Source: Nanobdellota archaeon | GTDB lineage: Archaea > Nanobdellota > Nanobdellia > Pacearchaeales > GW2011-AR1 | Reading direction: 5' to 3' | DNA length: 64,000 nucleotides | Assembly (NCBI GenBank): GCA_038045405.1 | Contig: JBBSYF010000001.1 | Location: 1,832 to 65,831, forward strand | In this document: one piece after another, positions 34,769 through 44,494 of the stretch | Layout of the letters: each line of letters opens with the position of its first letter | Numbering within the stretch: position 1 is the first letter of the stretch | Notes under the pieces: model-generated | Databases searched by the model: none | The model's input: only the letters and a program-made list of their open reading frames with translations | What the model was told of the DNA's origin: nothing | Translations under genes and position numbers: made by a program

Positions 34769-36175
34769 ATGATAAAAGAGGGTGAGCTAATTTCTGAAAG
34801 TCTCGAAGAGAGCACTCCACTTTTAGAAGGATATAAAGAGAATATTTCTTTGGAAGAAAAAATAAAAAGAGTTTCAAAAATATTTCTTCAAAAATCAGAA
34901 AGCAGTGAGGTTGTAGTTGTTAGCCACTTTGATACTGATGGAATAACTTCTGCAGCTATTATGACTAAATGCCTAAGAAGATTAGACAGAAAGTTTTCAG
35001 TAAAAATTGTGAAGTCTTTGGAAAGTCCGTTTATTCATTCTCTTCCAAAAAATAAAATAATTCTTTTCCTCGACCTCTCTTCAGGGAGTTTAGGCCACAT
35101 ACAAGAAGCTGGATTGAGCAACGTTTTCATAATAGACCACCACGAACTTGATCGTGAAATTCCAAGAGAGGTTGAGATAGTCAACCCCCAGCTTCATCGC
35201 AAAGAAAAAATAAGTTCATCGGGGCTCACTTATCTTTTTTGCAAAGAGATAGATCCTGAAAGTAAAAAGTCTGCAAAACTTGCAGTCCTTGGAATGATTG
35301 GAGACTTGTTAGAAAAAGAAATAGATAAACTCAACAACGGAATATTAGAAGACGGAGAGATAAAGAAAAAACGTGGGCTTCTAATTTATCCGTCAACAAG
35401 ACCAATAAACCGTGCTTTGGAGTATTCTTCAAATCCGTATATCCCCGGAGTCACTGGAAATTCCCTTGGAGTTCTTGAACTTTTAAGAGAAGCCGGTTTA
35501 GAAGCCACAAGGGGACAATACAGAAGTTTAATGGAAATAACAGAAGATGAAATGAAAAGACTTGTAACAGCAATTGCGATTAGAAACCCTAAAGCTGCTG
35601 GAGAAATTGTTGGAGATATATTCTTAATCAAATTTTTTAACAAATTAGAAGATGCAAGAGAACTAAGTGCAATGGTTAATGCCTGTTCAAGACTTGGACA
35701 AAGCGGTGTTGCTTTGCGATTCTGTATGGAAGTTCCAGGTTCGAGAAAAGAGGCGGAAGAAATTCATATAAAATACAAACAGCACATAATTTCTGGACTT
35801 GATTTTGTTTCAAAAGCTGACAAGGTTGTTGGAAAAAGTTTTGTGATAATCAATGCTAAAGATCAGATAAAAGATACTATTGTTGGAACCATAGCAAGCA
35901 TTCTTTCAAACTCTTCTGTTTACGAAAAGGGAACAGTTATAACAACAATGGCATACTACGACGACAAAATAAAAGTTTCAGCGAGAGTTTGTGGCAGAAA
36001 CGCAAGTGGAAGTCAAAGAAACATTAGAGAAATCCTCAGCGGAGTTATGAATGAGGTAGGGGGAGAGGTGGGTGGACACGAATTCGCCGCAGGATGTATT
36101 CTAACAAGAGATAAAGAAAAGCAGTTTATTGAAGTTCTTAGTAAGGCTCTTGAAATAGAATTTGTAAAGATTTAA
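34769..36175 (+). CDS. DHH-family phosphoesterase, RecJ/GAN (Cdc45)-like
   Basis: 'VVSHFDTDGITSAAI' and 'IIDHH' give the DHH motifs. A DHHA1-like 'GGHEFAAG' lies near the C-terminus. Confidence 0.65.
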   Translation: MIKEGELISESLEESTPLLEGYKENISLEEKIKRVSKIFLQKSESSEVVVVSHFDTDGITSAAIMTKCLRRLDRKFSVKIVKSLESPFIHSLPKNKIILFLDLSSGSLGHIQEAGLSNVFIIDHHELDREIPREVEIVNPQLHRKEKISSSGLTYLFCKEIDPESKKSAKLAVLGMIGDLLEKEIDKLNNGILEDGEIKKKRGLLIYPSTRPINRALEYSSNPYIPGVTGNSLGVLELLREAGLEATRGQYRSLMEITEDEMKRLVTAIAIRNPKAAGEIVGDIFLIKFFNKLEDARELSAMVNACSRLGQSGVALRFCMEVPGSRKEAEEIHIKYKQHIISGLDFVSKADKVVGKSFVIINAKDQIKDTIVGTIASILSNSSVYEKGTVITTMAYYDDKIKVSARVCGRNASGSQRNIREILSGVMNEVGGEVGGHEFAAGCILTRDKEKQFIEVLSKALEIEFVKI

Positions 36176-36199
36176 AACCTCTTTTTCTCTTCCTAAAAT

Positions 36200-36916
36200 A
36201 TGACACTAGAAGAAGGAGAAATTGTTTTTTGCACTGTTGACAGAATAATAGGAACAAATGTATTTGTAAAACTCCTAGAAAACAATAGAGAAGTAGAAGG
36301 CTGTATTGTTATGAGTGAAATTGCACCAGGAAGAATAAGGAACATAAGAGATTATGTTGTTCCAAAGAAACAAATCGTTTGTAAAATCTTACGAATTTCT
36401 GGAGACAGAATAGACCTTTCCTTAAGGCGTGTAACACTTAAGGAACAAAAAGAGGTAAAAGAAAGATACAATCAAGAGAAGAGTTATGAAAGCATACTAA
36501 AAAGCGTTCTTGGTGAAAATGCTGAAAAAATAAAAGGAATAATTTCTAAAAACGGAAAAGTCTACGACTTCTTAAACGAAGCAAAAGAGAATCCTAAAGA
36601 ACTTGAAGAATTAACAAGTAAGGATGATGCAAAAAAAATACTTGACATTATAAATGCTCAGCAAAAAAAGAAGAAAATTGTGTTAAAAAGAGAAATATCC
36701 TTAACAGCGACGGACACTCTTGGAATTGAAACAATAAAAAAACTCTTAACAAACATAAAAGAGGCAAAAATAAGTTACATCTCTGCTGGAAATTACGTTC
36801 TAAAAATAGAATCCGACGACTTAAAGAAAGCAGACAATGAACTTCGAGATATTCTTGTAGAACTTGAAAAAGATGCAAAAAAAGTAGGGGCAGAGTTTAG
36901 CATTATCAAGAAGTAA
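36200..36916 (+). CDS. eif2a: Translation initiation factor 2 alpha subunit (aIF2-alpha)
   Basis: The N-terminal S1 domain reads 'EGEIVFCTVDRIIGTNVFVKLLE...MSEIAPGRIRNIRDYV...RIDLSLRRV'. Confidence 0.8.
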   Translation: MTLEEGEIVFCTVDRIIGTNVFVKLLENNREVEGCIVMSEIAPGRIRNIRDYVVPKKQIVCKILRISGDRIDLSLRRVTLKEQKEVKERYNQEKSYESILKSVLGENAEKIKGIISKNGKVYDFLNEAKENPKELEELTSKDDAKKILDIINAQQKKKKIVLKREISLTATDTLGIETIKKLLTNIKEAKISYISAGNYVLKIESDDLKKADNELRDILVELEKDAKKVGAEFSIIKK

Positions 36917-37002
36917 AACCAATTCTCAAATTTTCTTTAATTTTTCTCTTGTCTGAAACCAACAATCACAAAACTTAAAAAGATATTTTTTAGTGAAGTT
37001 AT

Positions 37003-37413
37003 ATGAAAGAGATGAATGATTTTAAAGTAATAGTTCTCGGCATCATATACGACCCAAAGAGGAAGAAAATACTTATTGGCAAGAGAGAAAATGATCCTTT
37101 TGTTAAAAAATTAGGATGGACTCCTCCTGGAGGAAGAGTTTCCCACGGTGAAGACTTGGAAATTTCTCTTAAAATCAAAGTCAAAGAACAAACGGGACTT
37201 GAAGTAGCAAATTTAGGGCATATTTTCTCAATGATTCCTAAAGAAAAAAAGGATTTCATGCTTGTTATCCACCTCTGCGAGGCCGTCAAAGGAAAAGAGA
37301 AGGTTGGTGGCAATTTAAAGGAGCTAAAGTGGGTCAATCCTGAAGAACTTGATAATTACTTCAACATAGCTTACCATCCTCATTTGAAAGAGTACATTCT
37401 TAACCTGAAATGA
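37003..37413 (+). CDS. NUDIX hydrolase
   Basis: A Nudix-box-like segment 'GGRVSHGEDLEISLKIKVKEQTGL' is present. The ORF is 136 aa. Confidence 0.6.
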   Translation: MKEMNDFKVIVLGIIYDPKRKKILIGKRENDPFVKKLGWTPPGGRVSHGEDLEISLKIKVKEQTGLEVANLGHIFSMIPKEKKDFMLVIHLCEAVKGKEKVGGNLKELKWVNPEELDNYFNIAYHPHLKEYILNLK

Positions 37414-37553
37414 AACTCCGTAAATGCAAATCTTGCGAGAGCTACACTTTAAAGGAAGTTTGCGACAAATGTAAAGGAAAAACTTCTGACGCCCATTACA
37501 AATTCATAAAAGTACGTTCTCAAGAAAACCAGGAAACAAAAGTCAAGAATTAA
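37410..37553 (+). CDS. nop10: H/ACA RNP protein Nop10 (47 aa, below the track cutoff)
   Basis: Hand translation gives MKLRKCKSCESYTLKEVCDKCKGKTSDAHYKFIKVRSQENQETKVKN, with a zinc ribbon C..C..YTL...C..C as in Nop10. The ATG overlaps the upstream stop. Confidence 0.7.
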   Translation: MKLRKCKSCESYTLKEVCDKCKGKTSDAHYKFIKVRSQENQETKVKN

Positions 37554-37616
37554 TCCAAACTAACTATTAATTTTCAACAGGTTATTTCATTAACTTTTTA
37601 TCTTTGCCTTGTGTTA

Positions 37617-38222
37617 CTATGCCAATTCTTTCTGCCCTATCTCTTCCTTCACAATTTCCATATCTTTTTCCCACAAACCAATAAGACTTCTGTTGTAAAT
37701 AATCGCCGCAGGATGAAATAAAGGTATGAGCTTTATTTTAACTCCATGAAAGTCCATTATTCTTATTTTCCCATGAACTTGTGTTATTCCGGGCATTTTG
37801 TCCATCCTTTCAACCTCGCCATCAGAAAGAAAGAACTTAGTAGAATAATTTCCCAAAGAACAAACCACCTTTGGCTTTATTTCCTTTATTTGTTCAATCA
37901 ACCAAGGCGTATGGGCCTTTATTTCTTCTGGGCTCGGACCCCTATTCTCTGGCGGGCGATATTTTAGTATATTAGTGATATACACGTCATTTAGAGCCAA
38001 CCCTACTTTAGAAAGCAAAATATCAAGGTTTTTCCCTGCTGCACCAACAAAAGGCTTGCCTTGTTCGTCCTCATTGCGTCCTGCTGCTTCACCAACAAAC
38101 ATGATTTCAGCTTCAGCATTCCCTTTTCCAAAAACAAGGTTGAGAGCACCCTCTTTTAAGGGAAGGTTTGCTTTCCTGCAATCCTCTTCAAGTTTGTCAA
38201 GGATTTCCTTCTTACTTAGCAT
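37617..38222 (-). CDS. udg: Uracil-DNA glycosylase, family 4
   Basis: 'IMFVGEAAGRNEDEQGKPFVGAAGKNLD' and 'HPAA' are present. Confidence 0.85.
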   Translation of the reverse strand: MLSKKEILDKLEEDCRKANLPLKEGALNLVFGKGNAEAEIMFVGEAAGRNEDEQGKPFVGAAGKNLDILLSKVGLALNDVYITNILKYRPPENRGPSPEEIKAHTPWLIEQIKEIKPKVVCSLGNYSTKFFLSDGEVERMDKMPGITQVHGKIRIMDFHGVKIKLIPLFHPAAIIYNRSLIGLWEKDMEIVKEEIGQKELA

Positions 38223-38415
38223 TTTTAGTCAACATTTTTAGCATGTTTATGTATTCTGGCTCAATTAGATTTAGAAGAAAAGATTATTTTTAAGAATTTG
38301 GATTCAAATTACTCCCCCATCAATAAAAAATTTTAATAGTAAAAGCACTATGTAAGCTTAAATTAAATTGATTTTACCAAATTAAAAGGTTCAAATCAAT
38401 CTTAAAAATCTAATC

Positions 38416-40005
38416 CTACTTCTTCCTTACTACAGCCCAAATCAACAATGCAAGAACAACAACCCCTATAACAACCCAAAGCCATGTAAGATTACTACTA
38501 CCGGCATTTCCAGTTGTTCCATCGCTGCCAGTACCTGCATTATCACTTGTAGCAACATTCTCTGATATTGCGAAGTAACTAAAGGAGCTTACCTCAGCAT
38601 CATAGTAATATGAAGTACTGTCTTCAGATGAAAGAGTTGTTGAAAGTTCATTCCATTTCTTTCCAGTTTCATCAAACTTGGAAACAATAACCTTGTTCTT
38701 ATCAGAGACTTTTGATTTCTCAACTTTGAATTGAACTTTTGCAGTAGCCAACTTGTCTGCAAGATTCTGAGTACTTATTTGAACATACTGATAAACTGTT
38801 CCAGTCTTTGCAACTGAAACTGCAGCAGGTTTAGTGTCATACTTTGTTACAGTAACCTGAACGTTTTGCGCAGGGTTATTTACTGTTATTTCTATTTGTT
38901 TCACTCCAGTTGTAGCATCTGCGAATTTCACAACAGAAGCTACTCCAGGTTTTATTTCAGAAACAGTGTTAGTAACTGGTTTTGGTGTAGTTGATGCTCC
39001 ACCACCGCCAGCACCACCGCCACACGCGTTTGTAGAGAATGTTTTTGTTGCAGAACCAGTGTTTCCTGCGACATCAGTACAAGTAACAACATAAGTATAG
39101 GCATTTGCACAACTTAATCCAGATTCTGTCAAGCTCGTTGTTCCTGAAACAGTTGCTCCAGATCTATCGACTGTGCAAGAACTTGTTGCAGTATAAGTAT
39201 CTGTTAATCCTATATTAAGTGTTAATGAACTTTTATCAGAACTTGCCAAAGAAAGTTCAACTTGGGGTCCTGTTCCGTCAATGAAGACTGCTTGTGTAGC
39301 ATTTACTCCAATAAGATTTGCATTCCAATATGTTGTATTTCTACCCGCATATATGTTAATTGTCTGGTTTGCTTCTGCAATGCCCTTCAAAGATAATGTA
39401 GTTGTATTACATGTTCCAACAGTATTATCGGCATTGGGAGTCACAGAAAGGGTTTGATTTGTTCCATTAACATTGACCATACAAACAGTTCCTCGAGTAA
39501 TGTTAATATCAGCAACCGAAATATTTATTGTAAGATTAGTATTTGGGAGTTTTAGTGTCCCATTGACATATCCTACTGAAATTATCGTTGGTGCTGTATT
39601 GTCTATTACAATTCCGGTCGCATTTGTTGAATTTAAAGCAGCAACTCCTGCTGCTGTTGTATTTACTGCTGTTATATTAAATATAGAAGAAGAAACATTT
39701 GCATTTAATGCTGAAGTGCTAAATGCACAGGTAACATTACCATTCGTGGCAATAGAAGTATTACCACATAATGTTGCCCAGTCACCTAATGTTCCATTCC
39801 ACCATTTAACAGTAAAGTTATAAGCACCAGTAATATTCGTTACATTCGCAATAACAGTGAATGTTCCAGTTATATTAGCACTTGCCACAGGGTTCAGTAT
39901 AGTAAAATTAGTTACCTCAGCACTCACAAAACTCGTTGAAACTAAAATAATTGCGAATAAGAACAAAATTCCCAGAACATTAAAATTTTTATTTCTCATC
40001 TTCAT
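38416..40005 (-). CDS. Surface (S-layer-like) glycoprotein with a PGF-pre-PGF-like domain and a C-terminal TM anchor
   Basis: It has a signal peptide and very many N-x-S/T sequons. An Ig/HYR-like segment 'VVTCTDVAGNTGS' and the motif 'FSYFAISE' are present. The C-terminal helix 'LWVVIGVVVLALLIWAVV' is followed by RKK. Confidence 0.65.
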   Translation of the reverse strand: MKMRNKNFNVLGILFLFAIILVSTSFVSAEVTNFTILNPVASANITGTFTVIANVTNITGAYNFTVKWWNGTLGDWATLCGNTSIATNGNVTCAFSTSALNANVSSSIFNITAVNTTAAGVAALNSTNATGIVIDNTAPTIISVGYVNGTLKLPNTNLTINISVADINITRGTVCMVNVNGTNQTLSVTPNADNTVGTCNTTTLSLKGIAEANQTINIYAGRNTTYWNANLIGVNATQAVFIDGTGPQVELSLASSDKSSLTLNIGLTDTYTATSSCTVDRSGATVSGTTSLTESGLSCANAYTYVVTCTDVAGNTGSATKTFSTNACGGGAGGGGASTTPKPVTNTVSEIKPGVASVVKFADATTGVKQIEITVNNPAQNVQVTVTKYDTKPAAVSVAKTGTVYQYVQISTQNLADKLATAKVQFKVEKSKVSDKNKVIVSKFDETGKKWNELSTTLSSEDSTSYYYDAEVSSFSYFAISENVATSDNAGTGSDGTTGNAGSSNLTWLWVVIGVVVLALLIWAVVRKK

Positions 40006-40157
40006 CCTCTTTACTGTTTATCTTAATTTCATAACCTTTATAAATATTTCTTTTGGGAAAAGTTTTGGGGAAATTTAAATCTGCTTTTAATTACCTTATT
40101 TTTATTCTGCGAGGACAAGAAATATATAGACAGCATTTGTTTATTTAAAAATAAAAA

Positions 40158-40229
40158 GCCCTCATAGTTAAACGGATATAATTTTTCCTTGCGGAGGAAA
40201 AGTTCGAGGTTCGATTCCTCGTGGGGGCA
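40158..40229 (+). tRNA. tRNA-Arg(GCG)
   Basis: The acceptor is GCCCTCA/TGGGGGC (one G-U pair). The anticodon arm is TTTCC-TTGCGGA-GGAAA. The T arm is CGAGG-TTCGATT-CCTCG. Confidence 0.88.
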
Positions 40230-40320
40230 TTTGCATAGCAAATGAACACTGACGAAATTTTCCAATTTCAGTCTGTGGTGGCGTTAATCCTCAAGCTTCA
40301 AAAAATGAAGCAACAGAAGA

Positions 40321-40366
40321 TTTATAAACATTCATTAATAATGAATAATTATTCACTTTAAGTGAA
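40321..40366 (+). promoter_or_regulatory. TATA box plus two palindromes upstream of the MNT/HEPN pair
   Basis: The TATA-like tttataaac lies at 40321-40329. Palindromes are ATTCATTA-A-TAATGAAT (40330-40346) and TTCACTT-T-AAGTGAA (40352-40366). The ATG is at 40376. Confidence 0.45.
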
Positions 40367-40375
40367 AACTATAAG

Positions 40376-40960
40376 ATGATACCTAAAAACACGAAGAAGA
40401 TAATACTCTACTTACTGAGAAATCTGGAACTGGTTAATATTAATCAGATTTCTAAGAAGTTAAGTATAAGTGTAGGCAGTGCATTTAAAATTTTAAAAGA
40501 TTTGGGGAAGGATAATCTCGTCTTATCTTCTAACTTAGGAAATGCTAAGTTCTATCGAATTAATTTAAACAATGAAGAAACAATGAGATGGTGTGAAATT
40601 CTTCTGTCGGAAGAAAGAAGAAACCTAAAGGGATACCCTAAAGTCTATGCAGAAGAAATACAAAAATTTGAACAAGCAGAGTTAATTATTTTATTTGGCT
40701 CTGTTCTGAGCAACAAAGATTTTAATGATGTAGATGTTTTGTTTATAACAAGCAAACCTAAAGAAATTACAAAATTTTGTTTAAATCTATCGAAGATAAG
40801 AACAAAACCTGTTGTTCCATTGATTCTAAAGAAAGAAGACTTAATTAATGAAATAAAAAACAAGAAAGAAGTAGTTTTAGATATAATCAAAACAGGGATT
40901 ATATTAAAGGGTGAATCAGCGTTATTAAAGGTGCTAAAAGATGTCAAACAGCAAAGATAG
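40376..40960 (+). CDS. wHTH-fused minimal nucleotidyltransferase (MNT, antitoxin-like)
   Basis: An N-terminal wHTH ('INQISKKLSISVGSAFKILKDL') is followed by the NTase motif 'LFGSVLSNKDFNDVDVLF'. Confidence 0.7.
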   Translation: MIPKNTKKIILYLLRNLELVNINQISKKLSISVGSAFKILKDLGKDNLVLSSNLGNAKFYRINLNNEETMRWCEILLSEERRNLKGYPKVYAEEIQKFEQAELIILFGSVLSNKDFNDVDVLFITSKPKEITKFCLNLSKIRTKPVVPLILKKEDLINEIKNKKEVVLDIIKTGIILKGESALLKVLKDVKQQR

Positions 40961-41417
40961 ATTAAGTTGGTGTCTTGAAAATGAAAAGAGAATGAGAAAG
41001 ATTAAGCCAAATGATAGTCTTTCTAAAGAACATATAGGGAAGGCAAAACATAACTTGAAAGCATCCGATTATAACATTCAAGGACACTTTGATGACTGGG
41101 CTGTTTCTCAATCTTATTATGCAATGTATCATGCGCTTTTAGCAATTCTGTTTAAGAAAGGTTTTGAATCAAAAAATCACGAATGCACAATAAGCACAGT
41201 AGAATTTTTAATTGAAACTAAAGAGATTAATTTGGATATGGAAGATTTATCTTTTATCAGAACAACTGAACAGATGACTACTAAAGACGCCAAGTCATTA
41301 AGAGAAGAATTTCAATATGGAACAAAAACAGATGTAAACAAAGTTCTACTGACTGAACTCCTACAAAAATCTAAAGTTATTGTTGAGAAAATAGAAGTTA
41401 TATTAAACGAGATGTAG
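40941..41417 (+). CDS. HEPN-domain protein (toxin-like partner of the MNT)
   Basis: 'AKHNLKASDYN', 'DWAVSQSYYAMYHALLAILF' and 'SKNHECT' are present. The gene overlaps the upstream MNT gene by 20 nt. Confidence 0.65.
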   Translation: MSNSKDRLSWCLENEKRMRKIKPNDSLSKEHIGKAKHNLKASDYNIQGHFDDWAVSQSYYAMYHALLAILFKKGFESKNHECTISTVEFLIETKEINLDMEDLSFIRTTEQMTTKDAKSLREEFQYGTKTDVNKVLLTELLQKSKVIVEKIEVILNEM

Positions 41418-41435
41418 ATTAAATCTCAAATAGTA

Positions 41436-41486
41436 GGGGGAAAACGTTGGAGACTTAATCTTTAGGGTTAAGTAATCGTGGGGCAT
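41436..41486 (+). pseudogene. Degenerate copy of the tRNA-Arg 3' half (possible att remnant)
   Basis: GGGGGAAAACGTTGGAG...TCGTGGGGCAT compares with the tRNA GGAGGAAAAGTTCGAGG...TCGTGGGGGCAT. The middle part (T loop) is replaced. Confidence 0.4.
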
Positions 41487-41500
41487 ATTTAATTCAAGAC

Positions 41501-41743
41501 TTATTTTTTCTTCTTTAATCGAATCTTTGTATAAACAGCTGACTCTAAATCTTCAAAGAGACTGTTAAGCACTAAGGCAAACGAATGAATTCTAATTTTT
41601 TTAGGAAATTTTCCCATATAACTAATCTCCTTGACTATTGGAAGTTTTTCTACTAAATCTGCTCTCTTTAGACCATCGCTCTCTAACCAATCTTTCCAAA
41701 ATTTGATTTCATAGTCTCCAAATTCTTTATTCTTCTTTTTCAT
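41501..41743 (-). CDS. Hypothetical protein
   Basis: The ORF is 80 aa. No motif was recognised. Confidence 0.3.
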   Translation of the reverse strand: MKKKNKEFGDYEIKFWKDWLESDGLKRADLVEKLPIVKEISYMGKFPKKIRIHSFALVLNSLFEDLESAVYTKIRLKKKK

Positions 41744-41823
41744 CTACCAAAAGAGACTCTTTAATTTTTAAGTTTGTGCTTTAATTTATGAATGAAAAGA
41801 ACCATTTCCTTTTTACCATTTAT

Positions 41824-42882
41824 TTACTCCAACTCATCAACAACGCCAGCATCAGTAACGTGAAATATTGTTTCGGTGTCTGGAAGATTTGGAGAATCAA
41901 TAAGTTTTGCAACTCTGCTTCCTTGTTTTCCACGACGCAAATAAATTCTGTAAGTTGAAGCGTGTCCTACAATATGTCCTCCGATTGCCGTCGTTGGGTC
42001 TCCAAACATTTGTGCAGGGTTTGCCATAACTTGATTTGTAACATAAACTGCAAGATTATGTGTCTCTGCAAGTTTCATAAGTTGATGCATATACCTATTA
42101 AGTTTTTGTTGTCTGTCTGCTAATTGTCCTCTTCCAGCAAACTCTGCTCTAAAGTGGGCAGTCAAAGAGTCAACAATAAGAAGTTTTATTGGTTCCCCAT
42201 CTTTAATCATTTCTGCAACTTTATCAAGCAAAAGAATTTGATGATCTGAATTAAAGGCACGAGCAACAAAAATATTTTTGAGAACCTTATCGGGATTTAG
42301 TTCAAGTTTTTCTGCAATCTGCTTTATTCTTGAAGGTCTAAACGTTCCTTCAGTGTCCATAAAAACGCATTTTCCGTTTGCCCCACCCATATCAATAGGA
42401 TACTGAACATTAATTGCTAGAGTCAACCCAACTTGAGTCTTTCCACTTCCGTAAGCCCCGAAAGCCTCTGTGATGGACCTGCTTTCAATACCCCTCCCCC
42501 CTAAAAGATTGTCAAAGTTTTTGCTTCCAGTTTTTATGTAAATTATATTCTCTCTTTTTTTTGCATATTCTGCCCCATCAACAAACCCCAAGTCTAACAT
42601 CTTTCTTGCTGCTTGAATCGCTTTCCTTGCAACAGCAGGACTAATGCCAGCAGTATCCCCTAAATCACTAGGAGTCATTACAGCAATTGTCATTAAGTCA
42701 TAAATTCCTGCGGATTCAAGCTTCGCGGAAACAGCAGGCCCTATACCAGGTAAGTCGGTAATTTTTGGTTCTTTGTTCTCTTTTCCTTCTTTGTTTCTTT
42801 TCCCTTCTTCTTTTCCGTCTTCTTCCTCAGAAATAGCTTCTTTAATTTTTTTAACTTCGTCCTTAGATGTCATAAAAACCAA
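41824..42882 (-). CDS. radA: DNA repair and recombination protein RadA
   Basis: The HhH segment 'LPGIGPAVSAKLESAGI' and Walker A 'GAYGSGKTQ' are present, as are 'VFMDTEGTFRP' and 'LLIVDSL'. A slightly later ATG start is possible. Confidence 0.93.
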   Translation of the reverse strand: MVFMTSKDEVKKIKEAISEEEDGKEEGKRNKEGKENKEPKITDLPGIGPAVSAKLESAGIYDLMTIAVMTPSDLGDTAGISPAVARKAIQAARKMLDLGFVDGAEYAKKRENIIYIKTGSKNFDNLLGGRGIESRSITEAFGAYGSGKTQVGLTLAINVQYPIDMGGANGKCVFMDTEGTFRPSRIKQIAEKLELNPDKVLKNIFVARAFNSDHQILLLDKVAEMIKDGEPIKLLIVDSLTAHFRAEFAGRGQLADRQQKLNRYMHQLMKLAETHNLAVYVTNQVMANPAQMFGDPTTAIGGHIVGHASTYRIYLRRGKQGSRVAKLIDSPNLPDTETIFHVTDAGVVDELE

Positions 42883-43022
42883 AGCGTTAACTTCTTTATA
42901 AAGATTTTTTGCCTGCGTGATATATATTGATAAGACAGGGATTTTGTAGAAACTTCTGAGGCCCTTGATGTAGGAAAGGGATGGATAATTATATCTCTGT
43001 AACGGACAATGTTTTTTAGTAG

Positions 43023-43376
43023 TTACATATTTCTATAACTTCTAGGATGTCTGTCTCTGTCTATATTCTTAGAAGAATATCCAACTATAAATAAGCAACC
43101 TATGATAATAAAAAAGGATATTACATCCTGATTAAAGGACACATCAAAATACCACACATAAAAAATCAGTGCGGCAAGGATGACAAAAAGAATAATTTTG
43201 GGGGTAAAACTTCTTGGCTTAGCAGGGTTACTTTCAGCCCAATCAATTAAAAACATTAAAACTATTGCGACAGTAAAAACTATTGTATTCTGGCTAAACT
43301 CAACATGAAAATACCAAATATAACCTATAAGCGCAGCAACTATTGCCAAAAGAAAAATCTTAGTTTTAAAACCCAT
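43023..43376 (-). CDS. Small membrane protein with an internal duplication
   Basis: Two similar halves are visible ('LIGYIWYFHVEFSQNTIVF' and 'LIFYVWYFDVSFNQDVISF'). The start was moved to the internal ATG to avoid overlapping RPA. Confidence 0.4.
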   Translation of the reverse strand: MGFKTKIFLLAIVAALIGYIWYFHVEFSQNTIVFTVAIVLMFLIDWAESNPAKPRSFTPKIILFVILAALIFYVWYFDVSFNQDVISFFIIIGCLFIVGYSSKNIDRDRHPRSYRNM

Positions 43377-43425
43377 TTGAAGTATAATTATTTGTTCTTT
43401 AAAAATGTTCTCATGTTTTTGTTTT

Positions 43426-44370
43426 CTACTTTTTCTCCAACCCAGCAATCACTAAATCAATATCAACATCTTTCAAGTCGTTTACAATAAATTCCGGCGT
43501 ATTGAAAAAAGCGTTGTTTCTAACATTTCCAGAGAAAACCATTTCCTTTCCAAGAATAGCTTCTTTCTGTTGAGATAAAACTTCTAAATTTTCAAGGTCG
43601 GTCATTCCTAGCTTGCCCATAACATCATGAAATAATACTGCCCTTATTGATTCAGTTCCATCATCAAGAACAAGGCTAGCAACTGCCCTCTTCTCTGGAA
43701 CAACTTTTTCATGAGTCAGGCATACCCACGCATCTCCATCGCTTGTTACTTTCTTTTTACATCCAGGACAAACATTAAAAAATTTAGGTTCGAATGCTTG
43801 GACTATGAAGGCTCGCGTTGAAACATTTTCCCCGTTTTTGAAGTCAGAAATATTTTTTTCCCTTACAACTTTCGTCGTAACAACTTCACTAATAATCTCG
43901 CTGCTTGGTTTTATTTGAGAAAAATTTCCTAGGTGCAGTTCGCTATCTCTCATAGAAGCATTTCCAATTTCAACAACCGTTCCTTCTTTTATCTCTCCTT
44001 TTTCAATCAATGCAACATGATTAGTATCCCACAAAACTACTTTTATATTAGAAGTATTATCAGCAATCCAAAAATTCGCAACTTTACTTTCATCTCCTTT
44101 CTTTGTTTTGAAACTCCTCACGGGGAAAAGATTTATCACTTTTCCAACAACACTTACATTCCTCATTCCCGGAAGCAATTCATCCACCTTCAACTTCTCG
44201 CCTTCAAAAGAAACTCCAAGTTCAGAAGCAACTACTTGTGCTGCCCCTTCGGGACTTATTAATCCTGAAAGTTTTGATCTCTTTGCTTGAATTCTACTTT
44301 CAACCTCATTTACAAGAAGTCCAGATTTCGCTGCAATTTTCTCAACTATTCTCTCATAATTTCCTTGCAT
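43426..44370 (-). CDS. Replication protein A (RPA)-like ssDNA-binding protein
   Basis: OB-fold segments are present ('VSVVGKVINLFPVRSFKTKKGDESKVANFWIADNT'). There is a zinc-finger-like 'CPGCKKKV...CLTHEKV'. Confidence 0.7.
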   Translation of the reverse strand: MQGNYERIVEKIAAKSGLLVNEVESRIQAKRSKLSGLISPEGAAQVVASELGVSFEGEKLKVDELLPGMRNVSVVGKVINLFPVRSFKTKKGDESKVANFWIADNTSNIKVVLWDTNHVALIEKGEIKEGTVVEIGNASMRDSELHLGNFSQIKPSSEIISEVVTTKVVREKNISDFKNGENVSTRAFIVQAFEPKFFNVCPGCKKKVTSDGDAWVCLTHEKVVPEKRAVASLVLDDGTESIRAVLFHDVMGKLGMTDLENLEVLSQQKEAILGKEMVFSGNVRNNAFFNTPEFIVNDLKDVDIDLVIAGLEKK

Positions 44371-44494
44371 TTTAATTTATTAAAGTGCATGGCGGAATTT
44401 AAATTCCAGCCTGCATAAGTCAAAAAGAAATTTGATGTTTTTAAGGATTGTTATAAAAATAAACTTTTATAAACCTCTTTCTTTAGTTGAATAT

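Noticed and set aside
40038-40265. 75-aa minus-strand ORF
   Set aside because: It overlaps the well-folding tRNA-Arg(GCG) and its promoter region, so it is most likely spurious.
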